Of a stretch of 64,000 nt of DNA, positions 41,445 through 50,997 are shown piece after piece. This DNA comes from Rhizobium sp. Q54 (GTDB taxonomy: Bacteria; Cyanobacteriota; Cyanobacteriia; PCC-6307; Cyanobiaceae): positions 17,965 through 81,964 of the forward strand of contig CALRJP020000015.1 of assembly GCA_943367585.1 (NCBI GenBank). The letters run 5' to 3'. Both the position numbers and the translations under genes were made by a program. How positions within the stretch are numbered: the stretch's first letter is position 1; each line of letters begins with the position of its first letter. The notes beneath the pieces are model-generated. The model worked only from the letters and a program-made list of their open reading frames with translations, did no database searches and was not told where the DNA came from.

Positions 41445-42301
41445 GCGCCCTTCTCGGCCTCTTCACCTCCCCGGGACCCCTGGTCTTCCAGCTGGGTCCC
41501 GTCTCCGTTCGCTGGTATGGCCTGCTGATCGCCCTGGCGGTGCTGCTGGGCCTCCTGCTGGCCACCCGGCTCGGACGTGCCAGGGGCATCGAACCGGCCC
41601 TGATCGCCGATCTCCTGCCCCTGGTGGTGCTGGGGGCCGTGATCGCCGCCCGGGCCTACTACGTGGCGCTGGAATGGCGCCAGTTCCACAGCAACTGGCT
41701 GGATGTCTTCGCCATCTGGCGCGGGGGTATCGCCATCCACGGCGCCCTGATCGGTGGGACCCTGGTCACCCTGGTCTTCTGCCGCTGGCGCCGCCAGCCC
41801 TTCTGGCCGTTGCTCGATGTGCTCGTTCCCGCCGTGGCCCTGGGCCAGGCCATCGGGCGCTGGGGCAATTTCTTCAACTCGGAGGCCTTCGGCCTGCCCA
41901 CCAACCTCCCCTGGGCCCTGACCATTCCGATGGCCAACCGTCCGTCGGAGTTCCTCGAACAGGCCTCCTTCCACCCCACCTTTCTGTACGAGTCCCTCTG
42001 GAACCTGGGGGTCTGCGGCCTGCTGCTGCTGCTGTTCCGCCTGGGCAGCCAGGGCCGGCTGCGGCTCCCGGCCGGAGCCCTCAGCTGCGTCTACCTGATG
42101 GCCTACAGCAGCGGCCGCCTCTGGATCGAGGGGCTCCGGCTCGATCCCCTCTGCCTGTTCTCCCAGCCGCCCTTCTGCGCCGGAGGCCTGCGCATGGCCC
42201 AGCTGATGAGCCTGGTGCTCATCCTGCTGGGGGGGGCGGGCCTGCTCTGGCTCTACCGCTTCCGCCGTCCCCTTCCCGACCCCTCCGGCCTGACCGCATG
42301 A
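41441..42301 (+). CDS. lgt: prolipoprotein diacylglyceryl transferase
   Basis: [13 protein letters not shown] motif. The conserved N-terminus [14 protein letters not shown] lies upstream of the first ATG/GTG/TTG (GTG 41540). The start is provisionally placed at CTG 41441, which overlaps the petA TGA. Confidence 0.8.
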   Translation: MSALLGLFTSPGPLVFQLGPVSVRWYGLLIALAVLLGLLLATRLGRARGIEPALIADLLPLVVLGAVIAARAYYVALEWRQFHSNWLDVFAIWRGGIAIHGALIGGTLVTLVFCRWRRQPFWPLLDVLVPAVALGQAIGRWGNFFNSEAFGLPTNLPWALTIPMANRPSEFLEQASFHPTFLYESLWNLGVCGLLLLLFRLGSQGRLRLPAGALSCVYLMAYSSGRLWIEGLRLDPLCLFSQPPFCAGGLRMAQLMSLVLILLGGAGLLWLYRFRRPLPDPSGLTA

Positions 42302-43062
42302 CAGCCACCGTTCAGATCGTCGGTGCGGGCCCCGGGGCCCCGGATCTGCTCACCCTGAGGGCCGCGAGGGCCATTGAGGCGGCCGAGGTGCTGGTCTGGA
42401 CCGACTCCCTGGTGAGTCCCCAGATCGCCGCCCTGGCCCCAGGCGCGTGCGAAACGGTCCGCACCAGCACCCTCACCCTTGAAGAGGTGATGGCAGTGGT
42501 CATCGAGCGGGCCCGGCAGGGACGGCGGGTGGTGCGCCTCCACGATGGCGATCCTTGCCTCTACGGCGCCCTTCAGGAGCAGATCTGCCGGCTGGCCGAC
42601 GCCGGCCTGGCGGTGGAGGTGGTCCCGGGCCTGAGCGCCTACCAGGCCACGGCCGCCGCCCTCGGCGCCGAGCTCACCATTCCCGGCCGGGTCCAGACGA
42701 TCGTGCTCAGCCGGGCGGGCGGCCGCACCGGCGTGCCTGAGCGGGAATCCCTGGCCCGGCTCGCCGCCCTGCAGGCCTCCCTGTGCCTCTACCTGAGCGC
42801 CCGCCATGTGGAGGAGGTGCAGGCGGAACTGCTGCAGCACTACCCGGCCGACACCCCCGTGGCCATCGGCTACCGGGTCAGCTGGCCCGACCAGTGGCTC
42901 ACGGTGGTGCCCCTGGACACCATGGCCCAGGTCAGCCGGGAGCGGAACCTGATCCGCACCACCCTCTACGTGGTGAGCCCGGCCCTGCGGGAGGCCGGCG
43001 GGTCCCGATCCCTCCTCTACTCCGCCAGCCACAACCACCTGTTCCGCGGCGGCGCCGAGTGA
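42298..43062 (+). CDS. cobM: precorrin-4 C11-methyltransferase
   Basis: [25 protein letters not shown] and VPGLSAY motifs. An ATGA overlap joins it to lgt. Confidence 0.9.
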   Translation: MTATVQIVGAGPGAPDLLTLRAARAIEAAEVLVWTDSLVSPQIAALAPGACETVRTSTLTLEEVMAVVIERARQGRRVVRLHDGDPCLYGALQEQICRLADAGLAVEVVPGLSAYQATAAALGAELTIPGRVQTIVLSRAGGRTGVPERESLARLAALQASLCLYLSARHVEEVQAELLQHYPADTPVAIGYRVSWPDQWLTVVPLDTMAQVSRERNLIRTTLYVVSPALREAGGSRSLLYSASHNHLFRGGAE

Positions 43063-43640
43063 GCCCAGCCACCCCCTGCCTGCGCCACTGGCGGGGCTGG
43101 GTGGGCGCCGAGGAAGCGGATGCCTGGCTGGCACAGCTGCGGCAGGAGGTGCCCTGGAAGCAGGAGTTCATCACCGTGTACGGCCGCCGCCACGCCATGC
43201 CCCGGCTCACCTGCTGGATGGCGGATCCGGGCTGTGGGTACCGCTACTCCGGTCTGGAGAACGCCACCGAGCCGTGGACACCCCTGGCCGCCGCCATCCG
43301 CCGTCGCGTCGGGGTGGCCTCGGCCCAGGAGTTCAACTCCCTGCTGCTGAACTTCTACCGCAACGGCCGTGATGCCATGGGCTGGCATGCCGATGACGAG
43401 GCCGAGCTCGATCCGGAAGCCCCGATCGCCTCCCTCAGCCTGGGGGCCAGCCGCACCCTGCGCTTCCGTCCCCGCCAGCGGGGCGCGGCCCAGGCCGTGG
43501 CGGTGGACCTGGGCCACGGGGACCTGCTGCTGATGGATCCACCCACCCAGCGCCACTGGCAGCACGGTCTGCCACGGCGCCTGAAGGTGGAGGCCCCGCG
43601 CCTCAACCTGACCTTTCGGAGGGTGCGGCTGCCCGCTTGA
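43059..43640 (+). CDS. alkB: Fe(II)/2-oxoglutarate-dependent dioxygenase AlkB
   Basis: GWHADDE (HxD), HWQHGLP and RLNLTFR motifs. GTG 43059 overlaps the cobM stop. Confidence 0.85.
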   Translation: MSPATPCLRHWRGWVGAEEADAWLAQLRQEVPWKQEFITVYGRRHAMPRLTCWMADPGCGYRYSGLENATEPWTPLAAAIRRRVGVASAQEFNSLLLNFYRNGRDAMGWHADDEAELDPEAPIASLSLGASRTLRFRPRQRGAAQAVAVDLGHGDLLLMDPPTQRHWQHGLPRRLKVEAPRLNLTFRRVRLPA

Positions 43641-43734
43641 TCGGGGGGGCGGGTGCCGCCACGGGGGGCGGCCGCTTCGGCCATCCCGGCGCCGGCAGGA
43701 TGGTGACAATGGATGCAGTGTTCCTCTGAGCGGA

Positions 43735-44403
43735 GTGCCGAGGGCGATGGCCAGTTCCCGTGGTAGCCGTCAGCGACACCTCCTCCCGCTGCTGCTGGGC
43801 CTGGCGCTGCTGGGCGGCGGCTGTCAGTTCACCGGGGTGAGCGAGGCCGGCAGGGAGCGCTGCCGCAGGCTCGCTGCCGATGCCGGCAATCCCCTGGCGG
43901 CCGCCCTCAGCTACCTCCGCTGCCTGCCCGGCTCGGATGCCAGCCTGGCGACCGAGAAGGCGGCCGAGGCCGCCGCCAAGGCCCGACGGGCGGCCCTGGA
44001 GGCCTGCCGCCGCCGGCAGGGAACCATCACCAGCCTGATCGGGTCGCTGCGCCAGGCGGAGCAGGACCTGGCCGCAGCCCGCAGCAGCCCGTTCCGGCCC
44101 TCCGTGGCGCCACCCCAGCCCCTGGATGCCGGCAAGGAATCCCGCTATCGCCCCGAAGACCAGCGGCTCGACCGGGACCGTTACGAGGCCGCCCTCGGCG
44201 TCTGGGAACAGCAGGTGGCCTCCGAGCGGGCCGAATGGCGGCAGCGGCGGGCCGAACGCATCGCGGCCGCCCAGGGGCGGCTTGACCGGGACGCCCAGGC
44301 CCTGCGGCGGCTCCAGCCCGACCTGTTCAACGGCCCCGCCAGCATCGAGTTCGACCCCACGGCCCTGCGGCGGGTGAACGCGGACTGCGCCAGCACCGGC
44401 TGA
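43735..44403 (+). CDS. hypothetical lipoprotein, coiled-coil rich
   Basis: Lipobox LLGGGC follows a basic N-terminus. The rest is Ala/Arg/Glu-rich and helical. Confidence 0.6.
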   Translation: MPRAMASSRGSRQRHLLPLLLGLALLGGGCQFTGVSEAGRERCRRLAADAGNPLAAALSYLRCLPGSDASLATEKAAEAAAKARRAALEACRRRQGTITSLIGSLRQAEQDLAAARSSPFRPSVAPPQPLDAGKESRYRPEDQRLDRDRYEAALGVWEQQVASERAEWRQRRAERIAAAQGRLDRDAQALRRLQPDLFNGPASIEFDPTALRRVNADCASTG

Positions 44404-44582
44404 CCGTTCCGCTCCGGATCGATCCGGTTCCGCGCCTCCTTGCCGCCGCTGACGGGCCAAGGGGATTTGACAGTGTGATCCGCGACCGTGTAGGAGGGTT
44501 GAGGCCAGCCGGCCAGGTCGAAACCGTTGCCGCAGAAAGATCTTCTTTCAGGCGAAACCGGGACGACGACGACGGCAACGAT

Positions 44583-44654
<72 letters not shown>

Positions 44655-44765
44655 TGTCTTCATTTCTCTTTTCCAGCCCGTAGCCTCCCTGCCGACGGCC
44701 CGCTGGTCGCCCACGGGGCCGCTCGTCATACTGCTGGCTACGCAGCGCTTCAGGAGTACCCGCCC

Positions 44766-45548
44766 TTGCCCGAATCTCCTGCCGCAGCCAGGGCCGCAGA
44801 CGACTGGAGCGCTCCGATCCCGCAACTTGTCCAGCTGGGTGAGCGGCTCGGCCAGGCCCGCCGTGACCAGGGCCTCAGCCTCGAGGAGCTAGCGGACCGG
44901 CTGCGGCTCGGCAGCGAACAACTGATGGCCCTTGAGGCGGGGGACCACACCCACCTGCCGGAGGCGGTGTTTGTGGTGGCCCAGGCCAAGAGGGTGGCGG
45001 GAGCCCTGGGGATCGACGTGAGCCAGCAGATCAGCGATCTGCAGCAGAGCCGTCTGATGCGGGCCAAGGGCCGCCCAGCCCCCGTCAGGCCCCTGCCGCT
45101 CCGCCCCGCCACCGCGAGCGCCCCCGCCCGCCAGGGCCGCTCCCCCGGCTGGCTGTGGGGAGGCCTGCTCCTGCTCGGGGCCGGGGGCCTGGGGGTGGCC
45201 GCCCTGCAGGGGAAGGTCCTGGCCCCGCAGGCGTCCCGCCCCCCCTCGCCGGCCACGCCGGCCAACCGGAGTGCGACCCCTGCGGTGCCCTCCCCACCGG
45301 CGGCGGAGGCGCTTGTCCTGCAGAGCACCCAGCCCAGCTGGCTGGAGGTCCGCGATGGGGCCGGCGTCACCCTGTTCCGCGGCACGTTCACCGGCGAGAA
45401 GCGTTTCCCCATGGGGGAGGGCCTGAGGGTTCTGGCCGGCCGGCCGGACCTGGTGACGGCCACCGCCGGCAGCGACGCCCCCCGCTCCCTGGGACGGATC
45501 GATCAGGTGGTGTGGCGCTCCTTCAGGGCGACGCCTGCCGCACCGTGA
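44766..45548 (+). CDS. RodZ-like helix-turn-helix protein with C-terminal DUF4115
   Basis: XRE-type HTH (LGERLGQARRDQGLSLEELADRL), a TM helix and a C-terminal SWLEVRDGAGVTLFRGTFTGEKRF. Confidence 0.75.
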   Translation: MPESPAAARAADDWSAPIPQLVQLGERLGQARRDQGLSLEELADRLRLGSEQLMALEAGDHTHLPEAVFVVAQAKRVAGALGIDVSQQISDLQQSRLMRAKGRPAPVRPLPLRPATASAPARQGRSPGWLWGGLLLLGAGGLGVAALQGKVLAPQASRPPSPATPANRSATPAVPSPPAAEALVLQSTQPSWLEVRDGAGVTLFRGTFTGEKRFPMGEGLRVLAGRPDLVTATAGSDAPRSLGRIDQVVWRSFRATPAAP

Positions 45549-47157
45549 GCCTCAGGCCCGTGGCCTCCAGCACCAGGTCAGCGCAGGAGCGCAGGCTCCA
45601 CTCCTCCAGGCCCAGATCCTGGGGGGCATCACCGGCCTGGGGCGTGCGGGGCTGAAGGCTGATCGTGAACCCCCGGCCCTGGCCGGTCCGCTCAGCGTCG
45701 GCGGAGACGCTGATCGCCTCGATGCCGGCGGCGGGCCTGCGGTCGAGGGCGGCGGCCAGCCGCAGCAGCAGCGCCATCGTGAACACGGTGTGACGGTGCT
45801 GGCCGGCTTCGATCAGCTGCCACGACTCGTGGCGCTTCTTGGGCAGGCTGCGCCTGTGGTAGCGGGCGATGGCGGCCACCATCAGGTGCTCGGCCTCGGA
45901 GTAGCCCAGCAGCTCCCCATGGCGGATCAGGTACCAGGTGTGCTTGTGGTAGGCGGCGATGTTGACGTGCTTGCCGCAGGCGTGCAGCTGGGCCGCCGCC
46001 CACAGCAGGGCGCGACCCTCGCCGTCGTCATCGTGCAGCAGGCCCCGGGTCTGGTCGTAGAGGCTCAGGGCATGGCTGGCGACCCGGTCGGCCCGGCCCG
46101 TGTCCACCCCGTAGGTGCGGGCCAGGTGCAGCACGGTGCGGCGGCGGATCGTGCTCTGGAAGCTGAAGCGGTCGACGAGCAGGCCGTTGCGCAGCATCCA
46201 GTCGACGATCAGGCCCTCCCGCAGCGCCCGTTCGCACACCACCAGCTCCCGGACCTGGAGGATCTCCATGGTGGTCTGGAGGATCAGGGCGCCGGGGACG
46301 ATGATCTCGGCCCGGCGTTCGTTGATGGCGGTTAGGGCGCGGCGCTGGTCAGGGGTCATCGCCACCAGCCGCTCGACGATTCCATCGAGGCGGGCCCGGC
46401 CCAGCCGGTAGCCGTCGAGCTTCAGGGGCGGATTGGGGTCCTGGGCGGAGGCCAGGGCCGCCATCGCCATGGCGGTGCCGCTGGTCGCCACCAGCACGGG
46501 CTTCTCCCCTGGCCGCAATTCCCGCTTCACCTCGGCCACCGCCGGATCCATCGCCCCCTGGATGTAGGCCTCGAGGAAGCCGCGGCGGGCCGGCGTCAGG
46601 GGGTCCTCCCGGCAGAACTCCCGCTGGAGACGCACCGCACCGATGCGGGTGCTGGTGAGGGCGCGGGCGTCCCGGCCGTCGGCGAGCACCAGCTCGGTGG
46701 AGCCGCCGCCGATGTCGAGGATGAAGTAGGGCTGGTCGCCGAAGGAGAGACCGGACAGCACCCCCAGATAGATCAGTCGGGCCTCCTCCGGCCCGCTGAC
46801 CAGATCCACCACCAGCCCCAGCTGGTCCTGCAGCCCCTGCAGGAACGAGCGGCCGTTCGGGGCCTCCCGCACGGCGCTGGTGGCGGCGGTGACGATCTGC
46901 TCCACCCCGTGGCTGGTGGCCAGGTCGCGGCAGTGGCGCAGGGTCAGGAAGGCGCGCTCGATCGCCTCGGGGGTGAGGTCGCCGGAAACGGGATCCCTCT
47001 CCCCCAGGCGGGTGGTGGATTTTTCCGCCAGCACCACCGAGAAGCTGCGCAGGACCGGATCGATCGCCGCGACCAGCAGGTGGATGGAATTGGTGCCGAT
47101 GTCGATGGCCGCCACCCGCCGTTCCGCGGGACCGGCGGTGTCGGGGATCGGGGGCAT
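45523..47157 (-). CDS. ppx: exopolyphosphatase / Ppx-GppA family phosphatase with HD domain
   Basis: VAAIDIGTNSIHLLVA and DIGGGSTE motifs, plus a C-terminal HD region. ATG 47157 is preferred; track GTG 47229 is possible. Confidence 0.88.
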   Translation of the reverse strand: MPPIPDTAGPAERRVAAIDIGTNSIHLLVAAIDPVLRSFSVVLAEKSTTRLGERDPVSGDLTPEAIERAFLTLRHCRDLATSHGVEQIVTAATSAVREAPNGRSFLQGLQDQLGLVVDLVSGPEEARLIYLGVLSGLSFGDQPYFILDIGGGSTELVLADGRDARALTSTRIGAVRLQREFCREDPLTPARRGFLEAYIQGAMDPAVAEVKRELRPGEKPVLVATSGTAMAMAALASAQDPNPPLKLDGYRLGRARLDGIVERLVAMTPDQRRALTAINERRAEIIVPGALILQTTMEILQVRELVVCERALREGLIVDWMLRNGLLVDRFSFQSTIRRRTVLHLARTYGVDTGRADRVASHALSLYDQTRGLLHDDDGEGRALLWAAAQLHACGKHVNIAAYHKHTWYLIRHGELLGYSEAEHLMVAAIARYHRRSLPKKRHESWQLIEAGQHRHTVFTMALLLRLAAALDRRPAAGIEAISVSADAERTGQGRGFTISLQPRTPQAGDAPQDLGLEEWSLRSCADLVLEATGLRLTVRQASP

Positions 47158-47285
47158 GGGGATCGGCCCGGGCAGCGGCGGCGCCACTTTGCCACCGGCT
47201 GCCCCTTTGCCACCGGGGGGGAACGCCACCGTCAGGAGTTGGATAGGGTGCCGGGAACCAACCGTTGCGAGCGGTGAACGTCCCG

Positions 47286-48179
47286 ATGGCCCCAGGCCAT
47301 GCCCAGGCCTGGCTCGAGCTGCTGCGCTGGCACAAACCCAGCGGCCGGCTGATCCTGCTGATTCCCGCCGGCTGGGCCCTGTGGCTGGGGCCGGCCGTGC
47401 CGCCTCCGGCCCTGCTGGTGGGGTGGATCGTGCTGGGGGGCCTGGCGGTGAGCGGCGCCGGCTGCGTGGCCAATGACCTCTGGGATCGGCGCATCGATCC
47501 CCTGGTGGAGCGCACCCGCCACCGGCCCCTGGCCGATGGCCGCCTCGGGGTGGGCACCGCGACCGTCCTGCTGCTCCTCTGCCTGGTGGTGGCCCTGGCG
47601 GCCCTGCTGGCCCTGCCCGCCGCCAGCCGGGTGCTGTGCGTGGGGCTCGCCCTGGCGACCTTGCCCCTGGTGCTGCTCTACCCCTCCGCCAAGCGCTGGT
47701 TCGCCTACCCCCAGCTGGTGCTGGCCCTGTGCTGGGGCTTCGCCGTGCTGATTCCCTGGGCGGCCGCCCAGGGGGGGCTGCAGGGCGAGCTGGGGGGCTG
47801 GCCCCTGCTGCTCACCTGGCTGGCGGCGGTGAGCTGGACCTTCGGCTTCGACACCGTCTACGCCATGAGCGACCGGGACGACGACCGGCGCCTCGGGGTG
47901 CGCAGCAGCGCCCTGAGCCTCGGGGACCGGGCGCCCCTGGTGGTGGCCCTCTGCTACGGCCTCACCTGCGTGGCCCTTGCCCTGGCGGTGCTGCTGCAGG
48001 GGCGGGGGGGGCTGCCGTTCTGGCTGCCCTGGGCCGCCGCCGCCCTGGCCATGCAGCAGCAGGCGGCCCGGCTGCGCCGCCCCGACCTGCCCCGCAGTGC
48101 CTATGGCCGCCACTTCGCCGTCCAGGTGTGGCTCGGTGCCCTGCTGCTGCTGGCCGTGATCCTCTCCACCAGCGCCTGA
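47286..48179 (+). CDS. ubiA: 4-hydroxybenzoate polyprenyl(solanesyl)transferase, UbiA family
   Basis: NDLWDRRID motif and a second Asp-rich motif (YAMSDRDDD). The start is ATG 47286 or TTG 47265. Confidence 0.88.
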   Translation: MAPGHAQAWLELLRWHKPSGRLILLIPAGWALWLGPAVPPPALLVGWIVLGGLAVSGAGCVANDLWDRRIDPLVERTRHRPLADGRLGVGTATVLLLLCLVVALAALLALPAASRVLCVGLALATLPLVLLYPSAKRWFAYPQLVLALCWGFAVLIPWAAAQGGLQGELGGWPLLLTWLAAVSWTFGFDTVYAMSDRDDDRRLGVRSSALSLGDRAPLVVALCYGLTCVALALAVLLQGRGGLPFWLPWAAAALAMQQQAARLRRPDLPRSAYGRHFAVQVWLGALLLLAVILSTSA

Positions 48180-48185
48180 TTCGCC

Positions 48186-49151
48186 ATGGCCGCCGGACTG
48201 CCGCCCCACCAGCCACCGGCCCTGCGTCCGGGCGACCGGGTGCGGCTGGTAGCCGCCAGCTCCGCCCTGGCCGACCTGGAACGGCTGCAGGCGGGCCTGG
48301 CGGTGCTGGCCGGCTGGGGCCTGGAGCTGGATGACGACCCCGCCCGGCTGCTGCCGCGCCGCTGGGGCTACCTGGCGGGCCGGGACGCTGAGCGGGCCGG
48401 CGATCTGCTCGCAGACACCGGCCCGGGGCAACCAGCGGCCCTGCTGGCCTGCGTGCGGGGGGGCTGGGGATCGGCCCGGCTGCTGGAGCGGCCCCTGGAG
48501 GCGGCGGGGGGCTGGCTGCTGGGCTTCTCCGATGTCACCTCCCTGCTGTGGCACCGGCTGGTGACGGGCCATGGGGGCGCCATTCACGGCCCCCTGCTGA
48601 CCACCCTGGCCGCCGAACCGGCCTGGAGCCGGGAGCGGCTGCGGGCCCTGCTGTTCGGCGAACCCCTGGCCGTCCTCGAGGGGGAGCCCTGGGTGGGCGG
48701 CCAGGTGGAGGGGCCGCTGCTGGCCGCCAACCTCACCGTGGCGACCCACCTGCTGGGCACGCCGCACCTGCCGGACCTGGACGGGGCGATCCTGATCCTC
48801 GAAGACGTGGGCGAGGCGCCCTACCGGATCGAGCGGATGCTGACCCACTGGCGCCTCTGCGGCGCCCTGCAGCGACTGGGGGGCATCGGCTTCGGCAGCT
48901 TCGAGGGCTGCGGCGATCCCACCGACCCAGAAGGCGACGGCTCCCGCTTCAGCCTGGAGCAGGTGCTCAGGGAACGCACGGCCGATCTGGGCATCCCCGT
49001 GCTGGCCGGCCTGCCGGTGGGCCACGGTGACGTCAATGCCGCCCTGCCCCTGGGGGTGCGGGCCCGGCTCGACGGTGACCGGGGTCGGCTGAGCGTCGTC
49101 GAAGGGGCCGGTGGACCCGTCAATCGCCCGTGGGGCTCTCCTCCTCGGTGA
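48186..49151 (+). CDS. LD-carboxypeptidase (peptidase S66, LdcA-like)
   Basis: GFSDVTSLL nucleophile motif, and a later EDVGE...GHG region consistent with the Ser-His-Glu triad. Confidence 0.82.
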   Translation: MAAGLPPHQPPALRPGDRVRLVAASSALADLERLQAGLAVLAGWGLELDDDPARLLPRRWGYLAGRDAERAGDLLADTGPGQPAALLACVRGGWGSARLLERPLEAAGGWLLGFSDVTSLLWHRLVTGHGGAIHGPLLTTLAAEPAWSRERLRALLFGEPLAVLEGEPWVGGQVEGPLLAANLTVATHLLGTPHLPDLDGAILILEDVGEAPYRIERMLTHWRLCGALQRLGGIGFGSFEGCGDPTDPEGDGSRFSLEQVLRERTADLGIPVLAGLPVGHGDVNAALPLGVRARLDGDRGRLSVVEGAGGPVNRPWGSPPR

Positions 49152-50202
49152 GCCTCTCCTCGTCGATCAGCGTGCGGCCCACCAGCTGGCCATCTTTCAG
49201 CAGCTGACTCACCCGCCAGCGACGGCGACCATCGGGGCTGCAGCGGATCGTCTCGTGAATGTCTGGATCCGCCGGGTCGCGGGGGTGCATCACCAGCAGG
49301 CTGCCGGCCGCAGGCTCCTCGCCCGGCAGATCCATCGCCCAGCCCTGATAACGCTCGCTGGCGAACCACACCCGGCCGGAATGGATCTCACCGTGGGCCT
49401 CGATGCGCCGCAGCGGAGCGTCCTCAGTGCCATGCAGGTTGCTCTGGTGATAGAGCCAGCGGCCGGCATCCTGGCTCACCCGAATGGTGATCGTGCTCGG
49501 AAATGTTTCCCGCAGAACGCCCTCGGCGTCATAGCGGCGGAAGGTGCCGCGCCAGACGCCCTGCTGCCCCACCAGGGCGGGCTGCTCGGCCGCTCCCCCG
49601 GCCCGGTCGAACAGCAGCCAGCTGAAGCCGTCGACCTCGCCCCGCACCGAGCCATCGGCCAGCCGCAGGCTGCGGTCCCGGTACCAGAGCTGGTCGGGAT
49701 GGAGGAGCATCTCGAACTCGGCGCAGACCTCGCCGTCCTGGGGATGGTGGTAGCGGCAGGCCCCGGGATCCATGCGGGCGCGGAAGCGATCGAGGGCCGG
49801 CTCCGCCGCGAAGAACAGGTCGCAGCCCGGATGGCGATCAAAGGCCTCCGGTGCCAGGTTCTGCACCAGGGAGGCCGCCAGGGGCGGGCGGTCGTAGGTG
49901 GGCCCGCCGCGGAAGAACAGCTGCTCGGCCCGGACGGCGCCGCGCTGCGGATCGATCCCAAGCACCACCACCCTCTGGCGCTGGGCCAGCTGGGGGGCAC
50001 TGGCGCGGAACTCCTGGAAGTAGAGCACCACCGCCCCCAGCTGGGGCGCCTGCAGCCGCTCCACCTCCATCGTCCGCACCTCCCGGGTGAGCTCGGGCGC
50101 GGCCGGACCGCCCCTGGCCACATGGGCGGCCACCTGGCGCCGGTTGTGGAAGGACCCCTGCCAGCGGGCGGCGATCGTCTCGAGCTGGGCAGCGCTGTCC
50201 AT
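49120..50202 (-). CDS. two-domain protein: CpcT/CpeT-like lyase domain fused to a second lipocalin-like (DUF3598-like) domain
   Basis: The N-terminal ~195 aa resemble CpcT (ARWQGSFHNRRQ..., ...PGCDLFF..., ...LWYRDRSLRL.DGSVRGEVDGFSW). The C-terminal ~160 aa form a separate beta-rich module. Family calls are from memory. Confidence 0.55.
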   Translation of the reverse strand: MDSAAQLETIAARWQGSFHNRRQVAAHVARGGPAAPELTREVRTMEVERLQAPQLGAVVLYFQEFRASAPQLAQRQRVVVLGIDPQRGAVRAEQLFFRGGPTYDRPPLAASLVQNLAPEAFDRHPGCDLFFAAEPALDRFRARMDPGACRYHHPQDGEVCAEFEMLLHPDQLWYRDRSLRLADGSVRGEVDGFSWLLFDRAGGAAEQPALVGQQGVWRGTFRRYDAEGVLRETFPSTITIRVSQDAGRWLYHQSNLHGTEDAPLRRIEAHGEIHSGRVWFASERYQGWAMDLPGEEPAAGSLLVMHPRDPADPDIHETIRCSPDGRRRWRVSQLLKDGQLVGRTLIDEERLTEEESPTGD

Positions 50203-50210
50203 GGCTCGCC

Positions 50211-50960
50211 TCAGGTCCTGCGGGCCGCCAGCACGGCGCTGGCGATGGTGAGATCGAAGCGGGTGGTGAGCTTGATGTTGGAAGGGGGCGCCTCCAGCAC
50301 CCGCACCGGCAGCCCCAGGCGCTCATAGAGGGCAGCATCGTCGGTGACGCTCCAGCCCTCCCGCTCGGCCCGCCCGTGGGCCTGCCGCAGCTGGACCACC
50401 CCGAACCCCTGGGGCGTCTGGGCCGCCCAGAGGCCGCTGCGTTCGGGGGTGGCGGTGATGACGCCGCGGCCATCCACCTGCTTGATGGTGTCGGTGACGG
50501 GGGTGGCGGCGATGATGCCGGCCCCCTCGGCCATGGCCTCCTTCAGGGCCGTGGCACAGCGCTCCAGCAGCTCCGGTTCCGCCAGGCAACGGGCCCCGTC
50601 ATGGATCAGCACGGCCTCGGCATCGGCCGGCAGGGCCTCCAGGCCACGGCGCACCGAGTCCTGGCGGGTGTCCCCGCCGACAATCCAGGCCACCGGATCG
50701 GCCAGGGAGCGGCGCGGCTCGGCCGCGGCCAGGATCGCCCCGATCGCCTCCTCGTCCTCGGGCCGGCCCATCACCCCGATCCAGTGGATCGCCCCACAGG
50801 CGAGGGCGGCATCGAGGGTCCAGGCCAGGACGGGGCGGCCGGCCAGGGGCAGCAGCAGCTTGTTGGTGGCGGCGCCCATGCGGCGCCCGCTGCCGGCGGC
50901 GGCGATCAGCAAATGCACAAGCGATGGGCCGCCCGGGCGGAACACTGGAGTCCTCTCCAT
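50211..50960 (-). CDS. ispD: 2-C-methyl-D-erythritol 4-phosphate cytidylyltransferase
   Basis: [13 protein letters not shown] and LIHDGARC motifs. The start is ATG 50960 or GTG 50918. The track ORF extension to 51200 is unlikely. Confidence 0.9.
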   Translation of the reverse strand: MERTPVFRPGGPSLVHLLIAAAGSGRRMGAATNKLLLPLAGRPVLAWTLDAALACGAIHWIGVMGRPEDEEAIGAILAAAEPRRSLADPVAWIVGGDTRQDSVRRGLEALPADAEAVLIHDGARCLAEPELLERCATALKEAMAEGAGIIAATPVTDTIKQVDGRGVITATPERSGLWAAQTPQGFGVVQLRQAHGRAEREGWSVTDDAALYERLGLPVRVLEAPPSNIKLTTRFDLTIASAVLAARRT

Positions 50961-50997
50961 ACAATCAGGCCGCGAGGCCCGCCCCACCCAACGCCCG

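Noticed and set aside
44467-44496. TTGACA-N18-TAGGAG as the tRNA-Val promoter.
   Set aside because: The -35 box is perfect but the -10 candidate is poor and the spacing is long, so it is not reported as a promoter feature.
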